Source: an uncultured delta proteobacterium | Lineage (GTDB): Bacteria; Desulfobacterota; Binatia; UBA9968 | Direction: 5' to 3' | Assembly (NCBI GenBank): GCA_963771465.1 | Contig: CAVYTU010000014.1 | Span: 736,001 to 800,000 of the forward strand | Length of the DNA stretch: 64,000 nucleotides | Part shown: positions 46,900 through 56,934 of the stretch, one piece after another | Position numbering within the stretch: the first letter of the stretch is position 1 | Layout: every line of letters starts with the position of its first letter | The notes under the pieces: model-generated | What the model was told of the DNA's origin: nothing | The model's database searches: none | The model's input: the letters and a program-made list of their open reading frames with translations, nothing else | Translations under genes and position numbers: made by a program

Positions 46900-47859
46900 A
46901 TGCTGAAGTTGAACCGATTTCTTGTGCGCGCGATGACGATACTCACTGCGCTGGCGATTCCCGCTCCCGGCGCTGCCGCGCCGGCGGTGGAGCGCGTGAC
47001 GCTCGCGACGCCGAGCCGCGGCCTGTTCGAATTTCCCGTCGTCGTCGCCATGCGCAAGGGATTTTTCAAAGACGAAGGGATCGAGGTCGATAAGATTCAA
47101 ATGCAGCCGGCCGTCGGTGTCAAGGCGTTGATGTCCGGCGATGTTGATTATTTGCTCGCCTGGGGATCAGCGCTGCGCGCCGCGGTTTCCGGCGTGCCGA
47201 TCAAGGCGGTGCTCGGTTTTGCCGGGCGGCCGCTGCATGTTTTGATCGCTCGTCCTGAGATCAAGTCGCCCAAAGACTTGAAAGGCAGGATCATCGGTGT
47301 CGATTCGGTCGCCGGCACGGTCGACTATCTATCGCGCGTGGCAGTGCGCCACTTCGGTTTCGAACCGGAGAAAGACGTCAAGATCATCGTCACCGGTGAA
47401 AGCCCGACTCGCCTGGCGGCGTTGCGTGCCGGCGCCATCGACGCGACGCCCATTGACGTCGCCTTCGCGGTGAAAGCTGAGGACGAGGGTTTCAAGCGGC
47501 TGGTTTATTTGGGCGATCTCATCGAACTGCCGCTTTCCGGCATCGCCGTGATGGAGCAAAAACTCCAGACCCAGCGCGATCAAATTAAGCGAGTCGTGCG
47601 CGCCGGCGTGCGCGGCCTGCGTTTCATGAAACAAAACCGCAACGAGACCGTGCAGATGCTTTCCGACTATCTGCGCATCACACCGTCCCAGTCGGCCAGA
47701 GCCTACGACGCGTCGATCAATTCGTTCACCGACGACGGCATTATTTCCGACAAAGGCGTGCTCCTCGACGTGCAGCTCACCAAAGAGCGGCTCAAGCTGA
47801 CGAAAGACATTCCACTCAGCCAGTTGGTGGATTGGAGTTTGGTGCGGGAGATCAAGTAA
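46900..47859 (+). CDS. NMT1/SsuA-type ABC substrate-binding protein
   Basis: Signal peptide, KGFFKDEGIEV, DLKGRIIGV, RLAALRAGAIDA. Confidence 0.88.
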   Translation: MLKLNRFLVRAMTILTALAIPAPGAAAPAVERVTLATPSRGLFEFPVVVAMRKGFFKDEGIEVDKIQMQPAVGVKALMSGDVDYLLAWGSALRAAVSGVPIKAVLGFAGRPLHVLIARPEIKSPKDLKGRIIGVDSVAGTVDYLSRVAVRHFGFEPEKDVKIIVTGESPTRLAALRAGAIDATPIDVAFAVKAEDEGFKRLVYLGDLIELPLSGIAVMEQKLQTQRDQIKRVVRAGVRGLRFMKQNRNETVQMLSDYLRITPSQSARAYDASINSFTDDGIISDKGVLLDVQLTKERLKLTKDIPLSQLVDWSLVREIK

Positions 47860-47917
47860 CTCCACGATTGTTGGAGTTACAGTCTTGCGCGAAATTCGTA
47901 GTTGAAGGAGAAATCTC

Positions 47918-48304
47918 ATGCTCACAGGTTCATGTCTTTGCGGCGGTGTGAAGTACCAGATCGATGGCGCGCTGGGAGCGGTGACGAATTGTCATTGTAG
48001 TCTGTGCCGGAAAATGTCGGGCTCGGCTTTTTCGAGCGGTTCGACAATCCCTGCGGCTTCGTTTCGGTTTGTTTCCGGTCAGGAATTGCTCAAGGAGTGG
48101 GACTCGTCGCCGGGCAATCATCGGGTTTTTTGCGGCCGGTGCGGTTCGCCAATTTTAAAGAAGAAAGACAAAGATCCCGAGCACCTCCGTTTTCGCCCCG
48201 GGACTTTGGACAGCGATCCCGGCGTGAAGATTTCCAAACACACGCATGTAAGTTCGAAAGCGACCTGGGTGGAGATCAAGGACGGCTTGCCGCAGTCCGG
48301 ATAG
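47918..48304 (+). CDS. GFA (CENP-V/Gfa) family protein
   Basis: GSCLCGGV, CHCSLCRK, FCGRCGS. Confidence 0.92.
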   Translation: MLTGSCLCGGVKYQIDGALGAVTNCHCSLCRKMSGSAFSSGSTIPAASFRFVSGQELLKEWDSSPGNHRVFCGRCGSPILKKKDKDPEHLRFRPGTLDSDPGVKISKHTHVSSKATWVEIKDGLPQSG

Positions 48305-48310
48305 AAAGAC

Positions 48311-48342
48311 AGAAGTCAGACGTCATAAGTCAGAGATCGGAA
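48311..48342. repeat. Single-arm heptamer array (AGAAGTC-AGACGTC-ATAAGTC-AGAGATC) ending in TCGGA
   Basis: Seen between the GFA and Mpg genes. Confidence 0.6.
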
Positions 48343-48367
48343 TCGATTAGCGCATTCTAAACTACCC

Positions 48368-48949
48368 TTGAAACTGCCGCGTACTTTTTACGAACAATCT
48401 ACCGTTGATGTAGCCAAGCAATTGCTCGGCAAGTATCTGGTGCGCAAGCATCCCGATGGCGATAGTAGCGGGCGGATCGTCGAGACTGAAGCATACATCG
48501 GCCCACAAGACTTGGCTTGCCACGCTGCGAAAGGCCGGACCAAGCGCACGGAGGTGATGTTTGGTGCTGCGGGGCATGCCTATGTTTATTTCATTTACGG
48601 GTTTTACAATATGCTCAATTTGGTGACGGAAGCGAAGGATTATCCGGCGGCGGTTTTGATTCGCGCGGTCGAGCCAATGGACGGTATCGAATTGATGAAG
48701 GAACGGCGGAAGAGCAACGTGCTGCGTAATCTTGCCAGCGGGCCCGGTAAACTTTGCCAGGCGTTTGCCGTCGACCGAACGCTCAACGGCGCCGATCTAA
48801 GCGGTAATGTGCTTTACGTTGAAGATCGCGGTGAGCCGGCGCCGAAGTTTCAAGCGACGGTAAGAATCGGCGTCGATTATGCCGGCAAGTGGAAGGATAA
48901 GCCGTTTCGCTTTATTGTGCGGAGCAGCGAGTTTGTCTCTAAACGGTAA
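48368..48949 (+). CDS. mpg: DNA-3-methyladenine glycosylase (Mpg/AAG family)
   Basis: GRIVETEAY, YVYFIYG, AVLIRA, SGPGKLCQA, RIGV; TTG start. Confidence 0.93.
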   Translation: MKLPRTFYEQSTVDVAKQLLGKYLVRKHPDGDSSGRIVETEAYIGPQDLACHAAKGRTKRTEVMFGAAGHAYVYFIYGFYNMLNLVTEAKDYPAAVLIRAVEPMDGIELMKERRKSNVLRNLASGPGKLCQAFAVDRTLNGADLSGNVLYVEDRGEPAPKFQATVRIGVDYAGKWKDKPFRFIVRSSEFVSKR

Positions 48950-48958
48950 CCGCACCTG

Positions 48959-49456
48959 GTGTTTGAATTGACCGAAGTTCCACGATACCGAATCGTCGCT
49001 CAAGTGAACCGTCGGGTGCTGGCGCAAGTCGGTCCGCTCATCCCTGGTGCTTTGAGTCGGCATGACGACGAGCTTGGGCGTGAAGCGAGAGGAGAATTTC
49101 TCATCGATACCGGCGCCTATGGGGCGATGATCGATCTCGATGTCGCGGAGTCGTTGCAGTTGCGGTTGCAGGGCAGTCGTGAAGTTCACGGCATTCACGG
49201 CTACGGATGGTTGCAGCAGTTTCTCGCCAGAGTTTCTTTGCCGGCGTTCGATGACAGTGGCAAATCGACGTTATTCACCACGGTGGTCGAGTGCGTCGGC
49301 GTGCCGTCGCTCAGCGCGAAGAATCGCGAGCATGGCGTCGAGGTCATCGGTATTCTCGGGCGGATGTTTTTACGCGATTCACGTCTAACCATCGATGGAA
49401 TTGGCGGCCGAGTCGAAATAGAAATCAGCGTCGATGCCGCTAACGGCTCGCGGTGA
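48959..49456 (+). CDS. Retropepsin-like (clan AA) aspartic protease
   Basis: FLIDTGA catalytic motif and ILGRMFL C-terminal motif. Confidence 0.75.
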   Translation: MFELTEVPRYRIVAQVNRRVLAQVGPLIPGALSRHDDELGREARGEFLIDTGAYGAMIDLDVAESLQLRLQGSREVHGIHGYGWLQQFLARVSLPAFDDSGKSTLFTTVVECVGVPSLSAKNREHGVEVIGILGRMFLRDSRLTIDGIGGRVEIEISVDAANGSR

Positions 49457-49462
49457 AAATTG

Positions 49463-50080
49463 ATGGCCTCGAGTTGCAAAACTATTTACGTCGATCTCGA
49501 TGACGTGCTGTGCCAGACGGCGCGGCACTTTCTCGTCATCGTCGAACGTGAATTCGGTAAGCGAGTTAGCTATGAGCAGCTTACCAACTTCGATATCGGC
49601 ACCTCATGCGGTTTGCGCATGGAGGAGCGGGAGCACTTGTACCGTGTCGTGCACGAGCCGGATGAGCTCATTAAGATCGCTCCTATTGAAGCAGCGATCG
49701 TGGCCTTGAGGCAGTGGGTAGAAGCTGGATTTGAGATCGCGATTGTCACCGGCCGACCGCCGGATTCCTACGAAGCGTCGCTCGCCTGGCTTTCGCAGAA
49801 TCGCGTGCCGCATCATTCCTTTTCGATGGTGAACAAGTATGGGCGCTTTACGACTGAAAATACCGTGGCGATTAACCTCGATGAGCTGGCTGCGCGCAAC
49901 TATTGTTGGGCGGTGGAGGATTCGCTGCCGATGGCGGAGTATCTAGCCGGTCAGATGAACCTGCGCGTGGCGCTGATCGATTGTCCGTGGAATCGCTCGA
50001 CGCAACCACACGCCAACGTCAGCCGCTATACTGATTGGCCGACGCTTGGGCAATCGATGCCGAGCGTCGCTGTTCGCTGA
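49463..50080 (+). CDS. HAD-superfamily 5'(3')-nucleotidase-like protein (NT5C type)
   Basis: YVDLDDVL, IVTGR, VEDS, PWN motifs. Confidence 0.85.
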   Translation: MASSCKTIYVDLDDVLCQTARHFLVIVEREFGKRVSYEQLTNFDIGTSCGLRMEEREHLYRVVHEPDELIKIAPIEAAIVALRQWVEAGFEIAIVTGRPPDSYEASLAWLSQNRVPHHSFSMVNKYGRFTTENTVAINLDELAARNYCWAVEDSLPMAEYLAGQMNLRVALIDCPWNRSTQPHANVSRYTDWPTLGQSMPSVAVR

Positions 50081-50094
50081 GTGTCGGAGAAGCT

Positions 50095-50548
50095 CTAAGT
50101 CACCTGCACGGGCGGACCGCTTTTCGAATGGCGTTCGGTGAGTTCGAGAGTGTAACCGTCAGGATCCTCAATGAAGGCGACTTTGTCTTGGCTGCCGGGC
50201 CGGTTGGACTGTGGTTCCAGCGTAAATTTCACGCCCGCTGATTTCAATCTTTCACTAAGCGAATAGAGGTCAGACACGTAAAGCGCAACGTGGCCGTACC
50301 ATTTCGGCATTTCTTTTGACATGTCCGGGCCCACCGGTCTCGATGAGTTCGAGGCCGGTATTTTCATCTTCGCTGCCATAACCGAGATAACCCACTCGCT
50401 CGCTTTTCGCCGGATTGGGTCTTATGCGCTGTACGTCCATGCCAAAAAGCCTTGTGTAAAAGTCAATGCTGCGATCCAAATCGCTGACTAGCATCATCGT
50501 ATGTCGAATACGAAAGGTGACGTCATTTACAGTTTTTTCGCCGGCCAT
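50095..50548 (-). pseudogene. gloA: Lactoylglutathione lyase (glyoxalase I), split by a +1 frameshift near 50330
   Basis: HTMMLVSDLDRSIDFYT..FGM, LGYGSE..LEL in one frame; YGHVALYVSD, AFIEDPDGYTLEL in the next. Removing one base in GGGCCCG (minus strand) restores the frame. Confidence 0.8.
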
Positions 50549-50661
50549 TTGATCCCTCGTGTTTGCGCGCAAGATCGTGACTTGTGAATTTTGCCGAGAC
50601 TAGCGCAGTAGAACGGCGCTAATCAAGCTTGGCTGCGGCGGATAATAACGCGATTTTGCAA

Positions 50662-50817
50662 TCAGAGATGATGTCGATCGAGGCGACGCTGCCGGCCGGC
50701 CCAATAGACGAGGGCGATGAGAACCAGCATGGTGAAATACCAGTTGCGGACCGCCCAATCGAGCAACCAAAAGAACTGCCCAATCAATCTACCAGCGAAG
50801 GTCCCGATCAAATCCAT
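50662..50817 (-). CDS. Small (51 aa) membrane protein, hypothetical
   Basis: AGGGGG RBS-like sequence before ATG 50817; MDLIGTFAGRLIGQFFWLLDWAVRNWYFTMLVLIALVYWAGRQRRLDRHHL. Confidence 0.55.
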   Translation of the reverse strand: MDLIGTFAGRLIGQFFWLLDWAVRNWYFTMLVLIALVYWAGRQRRLDRHHL

Positions 50818-51083
50818 TTGCGTACCCCCTGGAAAAGCGATTTGCGCGCGGGCTTGGACGTTACTTGATGATAGTGGGCTTGCCGGAGTGAGCGCAAGCA
50901 GAACTGCTTTGGGAGGCGCGTTGGAGATAGGGACAAGCGCGTACAAATGCTTCCAATAGAGGAAGCAGCGGACTTAAAGCCCAAAAAATTTTACCATGAA
51001 CGCTTCGAATCGGCGCTCACAGCAAGATCACGGCGAGAAATGGTATTTTACGATGGCGAGCTGAGGCAAAACTCGGAGCGCGA

Positions 51084-51939
51084 CTAAGCAAGCGCTTTGG
51101 TAAACGCACGGCGGAGAAATACCCCGATCAAGTGACGCTTGTATTCGGCGCCGCCTTCGAGATCGTCGACGGGATCGGCGGCCTCTGCCAACGCTTCGGC
51201 TGCGTCACTCAGCTGTCTTTCGACTTGTGAGCGAGCACCGGTGAGCAGGTCGTTCGCCTTATCCGACTGAGTTGGCACGGCACTGACGCTGCCGACGACC
51301 GCCGATGCTTTCTTAATCGTGGCGCCGTCGAGATCGAGGACGAGCGCTAGACCGAGCGTCGGCCGTTCTTTGAGTTGGAACTTCAAATAAGCTGCGCGCT
51401 GCGTTTTCGTCGGCAGCGGAATTTCCACGCTGGCGAGCAGCTCGTCGCCAGCGAGGGAAGTTTCATAGGCTCCCGTGATCAGTTTATCGACCGCCACGGT
51501 ACTCGCGGCGGATTTTCCCTGGACATGTGACTTTCGCACCAAGCGCCGTCAATAGCGTCGCCGGATCGGAGTGCGGCTCGGCGAAACAGAGATTGCCGCC
51601 GAGCGTGCCGCTGGCGCGCACGCGGATGTTGGCCACGTTGGCTGCCATGGTCGCCAACACCGGCAAGTTCTGCTGCACGAGCGCCGAGCGCTCGATCGCC
51701 CGATGGGTCGCCGTGCTGCCGATAACGAGGGCGCCGTTTTTCACTTCAATGTTGTTCAGGTTGGGAATCGTTTTGACATCGACCAGGTGCTGATAGCGCA
51801 AGAGATCATGTTTCATCGCCAGCAGCAGCTCGGTGCCGCCGGCGTAGAGCCGGCCATTTTCGCCGAACTCGGCGAGCATCTGCGACGCTTCGGAGATGGT
51901 TTTCGGTTGATGAATCGTGAATTTCCTTAAGGGCATCAT
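51084..51939 (-). pseudogene. Xanthine dehydrogenase/CoxM-family FAD-binding medium subunit, frameshifted near 51528
   Basis: YAGGTELL, VANIRVRASGTLGGNL..AEPHSD, then a frame change (AKV/HVQGKS) to DPVDDLEGGAEYKRHL. Confidence 0.82.
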
Positions 51940-51942
51940 CAG

Positions 51943-52004
51943 AATTTTCGATTTTGGATTTTCGATTTTGGATTGGTCGGACATCCAGAAACGAAAATCA
52001 AAAT
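51943..52004. repeat. Inverted heptamer-array hairpin between the large and medium Mo-hydroxylase subunits
   Basis: ATTTTCG-ATTTTGG-ATTTTCG-ATTTTGG, core GGTCGGACA, then ATCCAGAAACGAAAATCAAAAT. Confidence 0.75.
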
Positions 52005-52017
52005 AGCCTCGGCTTTC

Positions 52018-54293
52018 TTACTTGTTCTTTTCTTTCAGCGCACGCCAGACTCGTTCGGGCGTCAACGGCGCTTGGCGGATACGCACGCCGACGGCGCGGT
52101 CGACGGCGTTGGCGATGTTCGCCGCCATGGAGTTGAGGGACGCTTCGCCGCCGCCTTTGGCGCCGTAGGGACCGACGCCGTCTTGGTTTTGCACCAGGTG
52201 CAATGACACTTCTTTCGGTAAATCAGAGAAGCGTGGCAAGCGGTAGTCGAGGATCGAGCCGTTCATCAACTGCGAGCCTTCGTAAACTAGTTCTTCGAAC
52301 AGGCCGATGCCCATGCCCATGGTCGCGGCGCCGATGTCTTGGCCTTCGGCCAGCGCCGGATTGATCGCCAGTCCGACATCGCCGACGGTGGCGAGTTTTT
52401 CCATGGTGATTTTGCCGGTTTCTTCGTCGACGGAAATTTCCACGCCGGTGGCGGCGGCTTCCCAGAAAACCGGCAGGGCGGCGAACTTGCCGGACTTTCT
52501 AATATACGACCGGCCGATCACTTCACCATCGGGTAGCGCGTAAAATTTACTAATCACCTGTGACCAGTCGAGCTGGACCTCGCCACAGCGCACACCGCCG
52601 CGCACGGTTTGAATCTCTTCGACTTTGACTTTCATCACGTCGGCGGCCATCACCACCATTTGTTGGATCGCCTCTTGGCAAGCTTCCATCACGGCGCTGC
52701 CCATGAGGGTCGTCGTCCGGCTCGCACCGGTGGAGCGATCGTAAGGCGTGATCGCCGTGTCCGACGAAACCACATTCACTTTGTCGTAGGCGATGCCGAG
52801 CTCTTCGGCGGCGATCTGCGGCAGGACGGTGTGACTGCCCTGACCCAGCTCAGTGCTGCCGGTCATGATGGTCGCCGAACCGTCGGCGTGCACGCGCACC
52901 GCCGTCGAGGTCAGCGGATAGGCGCCGGCGTCGCTGCCGGAGACAGCAACGGTGCGGCCATGTCCCTTCGCTAGTGGCGTGCCCCAGCCGATCGCTTTTG
53001 CCGCGGTGTCGAGATCTTGTTTGAGCGTGCCGTCGAACGGACGCATGCCGGGAAAAAATTCTTCGCCGGGCTTGGCCGCATTCGCCAGCCGAAACTCATA
53101 GGGATCTTTGCCGATCTTGGCCGCCAGCTCGTCGATCTGCGACTCGCCCGGCAAGGTCACTTGGGCGCAACCGAAACCGCGGTAGGAACTCGCCGGCACG
53201 GTATTGGTATATAGCGAGCAGTTTTCGATTAACACATTCGCGATCGCATAGGGGCCGACGCAGCGGTTGGTCGATTTTTCGACCACCAGCGGACTGTTTT
53301 CCGCATAGGCGCCGGTGTTCATAAATATCTTCGCCTGGCGGGCGATGATTTTGCCGTTGGCATCCGCCGCCGTGCGCATCCACGTGTAGGCGTCGTCACT
53401 GCGCGTCGTCAGCATCGCTTCTTCGACGGTGAGTTGCAGCTTCACCGAACGCTTGGCCTTCCACGAACAGGCGGCCACCAGCGGTTCGACTTTGGTGTAG
53501 GATTTACTGCCATAACCGCCGCCGACGAAGGGAACGATCAACCGGACTTTGCTCACCGGTAAATTGAAAATCGATTTCAAATCATGGCGCACCATGAACG
53601 GATGCTGCGCCGAGGAATAAATGGTCACGCCTTGGTCGGTGACGTCGGCGATGGCGACGTAAGGTTCCATCGCGTAGGCATAGGTCATGGGAAAATAATA
53701 GTTGCCCTCGACCACCGAAGCAGCTTCTTTAAATGCCTTTTCGACATCGCCCCACTGAATTTTATGAGTTTGGCAAATATTGTTCCCTTTGCCGGCGGTG
53801 ACGTCGCCCTCGAAACCGCGCAGCGCGCCGGCTTCGAATTTTCTCTCATGCAAGAGCGGCGCGTCCTTGGCCATCGCCTGTTCGGGCGTAAAGACGCCTT
53901 TCAGCTCTTCATACTTGACGTCGATCAATTCCAACGCTTCGAACGCCGTCCGTTCATCGACCGCCACCACCGCGGCCACCGGCTCGCCGGCATATCGAAC
54001 TTTGTCGATCGCCAACAGCGGGTGATCTTTGACCGCGTGGCCGAAGTAGGGATTCAAGCCGTCGAGATCGTAGCCGGTGACCACGCAGTAAACGCCGGGA
54101 TGCGCTTCGGCTTTGGTTTTGTCGATGGAAATAATTTTCGCGTGGGCGAAGGGGCTGCGCAGCACTTTGGCGTAGGCCATGCCGATCAACCGCAAGTCGG
54201 CGACGTACTGCGCTTTGCCGGTCACTTTGACCCGGCCGTCGCGGCGCGGGATCGAATGATTGACGATGTGAAAATCGGTTTTCTTTTCCGCGC

Positions 54294-54297
<4 letters not shown>
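52018..54297 (-). CDS. Xanthine dehydrogenase-family molybdopterin-binding large subunit (CoxL/CutL-like, not form I CODH)
   Basis: KVTGKAQY, VGGGYGSK, SSYRGFG, ELGQG, TGASR, GAKGGGE; GTG start overlapping the upstream stop. Confidence 0.92.
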
Positions 54298-54773
<476 letters not shown>

Positions 54774-54784
54774 GGAAAATTACA

Positions 54785-54860
54785 TTGGAGTAATGGAGTG
54801 TAGGAGTGATGGGATTTTTCCGGTCCCAATACTCCAGTGCTCCATACTCCATCACTCCAG
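54785..54860. repeat. Inverted octamer-array hairpin element
   Basis: TGGAGTAA-TGGAGTGT-AGGAGTGA-TGGGA, core TTTTTCCGG, TCCCA-ATACTCCA-GTGCTCCA-TACTCCA-TCACTCCA. Confidence 0.9.
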
Positions 54861-54863
54861 TCT

Positions 54864-55886
54864 TCAGTTGTAGCGCGGCAGAATGTTTTCCGCCCAGAGG
54901 TCCATTTGGCGGTGCAAGCTATCCATGGTCGGATAGATGATCTTGAGTTCGAAATGTTGCACGCCGTTCTCAATGAACTCATCGACGCGTCGGCGCACGT
55001 CGTCGACGGAGCCGAAGATATGGCGGTCGAGCGCGAACTGCATGTTGTCGATGTCGCGCTCGTAGCTTTCGCTGCTGGTTTTTAGCGTCGGCATGGCGAG
55101 GTTCAATCCTTCCTCGCGGGTTTTGGCGATGGTGGCGAGTTTTTCGACAGCGATGGTGATTTTTTTCGGATCGCGGCCGTTTTCCTCGGCGGTCTTGTTG
55201 AGAATATCGCAGCCGATTTTCATTTCATTGGGCGACAACCAGCCGGGAATCCAGCCTTCGCCGTATTTGCCGGCGCGTTTGGCGGCGAGCTTCATCCAAC
55301 CGCCGACCCACACCGGCGGATGGGGTTTCTGAAATGGTTTGGGAAAAACCTCGGCATTTTTGAACTCGATAAAGTCGCCTTTGTAGGACGCCAACGGTTG
55401 GGTCCAGATCGCTTTCATCGCTTCGATGTATTCATCCGTGCGATCGCCGCGCCGCTCGTAGGGCACGCCGAAGACGCCGAACTCGTCCGACTCGCGCGTG
55501 GCTTTGGAACCAAGACCGACGCCGACGAGTAATCGGCCATTGGCAAGAATGTCTAAAGTCGAGTATTGCTTGGCGGCGTAAATCGGATTTCTGCAGGGCA
55601 TGACCAAGCAGGCGACGCCGAGAACGATTTTCTTGGTCTCCGCCGCCAGATACGACAGGATCGTCGTCGATTCGAAGAAATTTGCCTCTTGGGAATCGGT
55701 GATCGCTTCGAAGGCGCCCGATGAAATATGGTGGCGATGCATTTCCGTGCTCCAGACGACATGATCATGCACCCAAATGGCGTCGAAGCCCATTTCTTCA
55801 GCCGACTTGGTTGCTTTGACGATATTTTCGATGCTGGACAGCGGGCCCGAGTTGGGCACGCGCACGCCGAAGGAAATCTTATTCAT
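54864..55886 (-). CDS. LLM-class flavin/F420-dependent oxidoreductase
   Basis: GFDAIWVHDH, STLDILANGRLLVGVG, PKPFQKPHPPVWVGG, GEGWIP. Confidence 0.9.
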   Translation of the reverse strand: MNKISFGVRVPNSGPLSSIENIVKATKSAEEMGFDAIWVHDHVVWSTEMHRHHISSGAFEAITDSQEANFFESTTILSYLAAETKKIVLGVACLVMPCRNPIYAAKQYSTLDILANGRLLVGVGLGSKATRESDEFGVFGVPYERRGDRTDEYIEAMKAIWTQPLASYKGDFIEFKNAEVFPKPFQKPHPPVWVGGWMKLAAKRAGKYGEGWIPGWLSPNEMKIGCDILNKTAEENGRDPKKITIAVEKLATIAKTREEGLNLAMPTLKTSSESYERDIDNMQFALDRHIFGSVDDVRRRVDEFIENGVQHFELKIIYPTMDSLHRQMDLWAENILPRYN

Positions 55887-55895
55887 TTCTCGCTC

Positions 55896-56816
55896 CTAAT
55901 GGGTCTCGGTGATTTCGACCTTATGATATTTTAGATGCCGGTTGTACCAGTCGACGACGTTGGCCGCGACATCGTCGAAGTAATCGTTGTAAATGCCGTA
56001 GTGGGTGGTTTTCTTGTACAGGACTAATTTTTTCGGCTCGCCGGCTTTTTCGTAAAGATCGAAGGATTGCTTTTCCGGCGTGACGGCATCGCCTTCGACG
56101 GCGATGAACAGCACGCCGCGCGGCGAAATTTTCTGCACCACGTCGATGGGGCTGTATTCAAGAATCGCCTCGGCGCAGGCGAGCGGCATGGCGTCGGGAA
56201 TTTTATCCGCTACGTCTTTCTTGATCGTCGTGGTCTGGCGCTCTGGGGTTTGCACCATGATGCCGCCCTCGCGGGCGCTCACGATCGCTCCCTTGCCAGT
56301 GGCGGCGCGTTGTTTGCGGTCAGCTTCGATACTTTTCAAATAATCGATCCATTCGTATTCGCGCCGCATCGAGTGCAGCCACTCGCGGCCGCTGCTGACG
56401 CCGAGATAACTCACACAGCATTTAACCCGTGAATCGATGGCCGCGACGTATACGGCGTTGCCGCCGCCGGTGCCGCCGGAGCCGTAGGTGGCCAATCGAT
56501 CGGCATCGATGTCTGGCCGGGTTTCCATGTAACTCAGCGCGCTGCGAATATCGTCCGCTTGCCACTTGGGCATCACCCAGCCACGGTCGCTGCCCTCGCT
56601 ATCGCCCCAGCCGCGGTAATCGAAACAGAGACAGGCGTAACCGGCGGCGCAGAGCTTCTCGAACATCAAGATGTAGTGTTTGGCGTCCATGAGGCCGAGA
56701 AAGCCGGGGCCCTGGACGATGCCGGGATACGGCTTGCCTTGCTCGGCATCTGGCAAGTAGAGCACGCCGGCGAGCTTGATGCCTTCGCTGTAAAAATTAA
56801 CTTTTTCAGTGCGCAT
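55896..56816 (-). CDS. Alpha/beta-hydrolase fold protein (S15/FrsA-like) with atypical nucleophile elbow
   Basis: FDYRGWGDSEG, DIDADRLATYGSGGTGGG, GDAVTP, TTHYGIY. Confidence 0.85.
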   Translation of the reverse strand: MRTEKVNFYSEGIKLAGVLYLPDAEQGKPYPGIVQGPGFLGLMDAKHYILMFEKLCAAGYACLCFDYRGWGDSEGSDRGWVMPKWQADDIRSALSYMETRPDIDADRLATYGSGGTGGGNAVYVAAIDSRVKCCVSYLGVSSGREWLHSMRREYEWIDYLKSIEADRKQRAATGKGAIVSAREGGIMVQTPERQTTTIKKDVADKIPDAMPLACAEAILEYSPIDVVQKISPRGVLFIAVEGDAVTPEKQSFDLYEKAGEPKKLVLYKKTTHYGIYNDYFDDVAANVVDWYNRHLKYHKVEITETH

Positions 56817-56833
56817 AATTGGTCTCCAAAATT

Positions 56834-56927
56834 CGTTCAAAAGCTCAAACCGTTCAAGTCGTTCAAACCGCTTTGGGTTTCGGATCCAGACGTTTTGAAC
56901 TGTTTGAGCGGCTTGAACGATTTGAAC
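56834..56927. repeat. Inverted nonamer-array hairpin element
   Basis: CGTTCAAAA-GCTCAAAC-CGTTCAAGT-CGTTCAAAC, core TTTCGGATCC, then TTTGAACTG-TTTGAGCGG-CTTGAACGA-TTTGAAC. Confidence 0.88.
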
Positions 56928-56934
56928 CTTAAAA

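Noticed and set aside
51940-51984. N-terminal extension MSDQSKIENPKSKI of the FAD subunit, and similar ORFs reading MEYWSNG or NGEWRMENG (e.g. 22464, 34318, 35556, 54616)
   Set aside because: These are translations of the intergenic repeat arrays, not genuine protein sequence.
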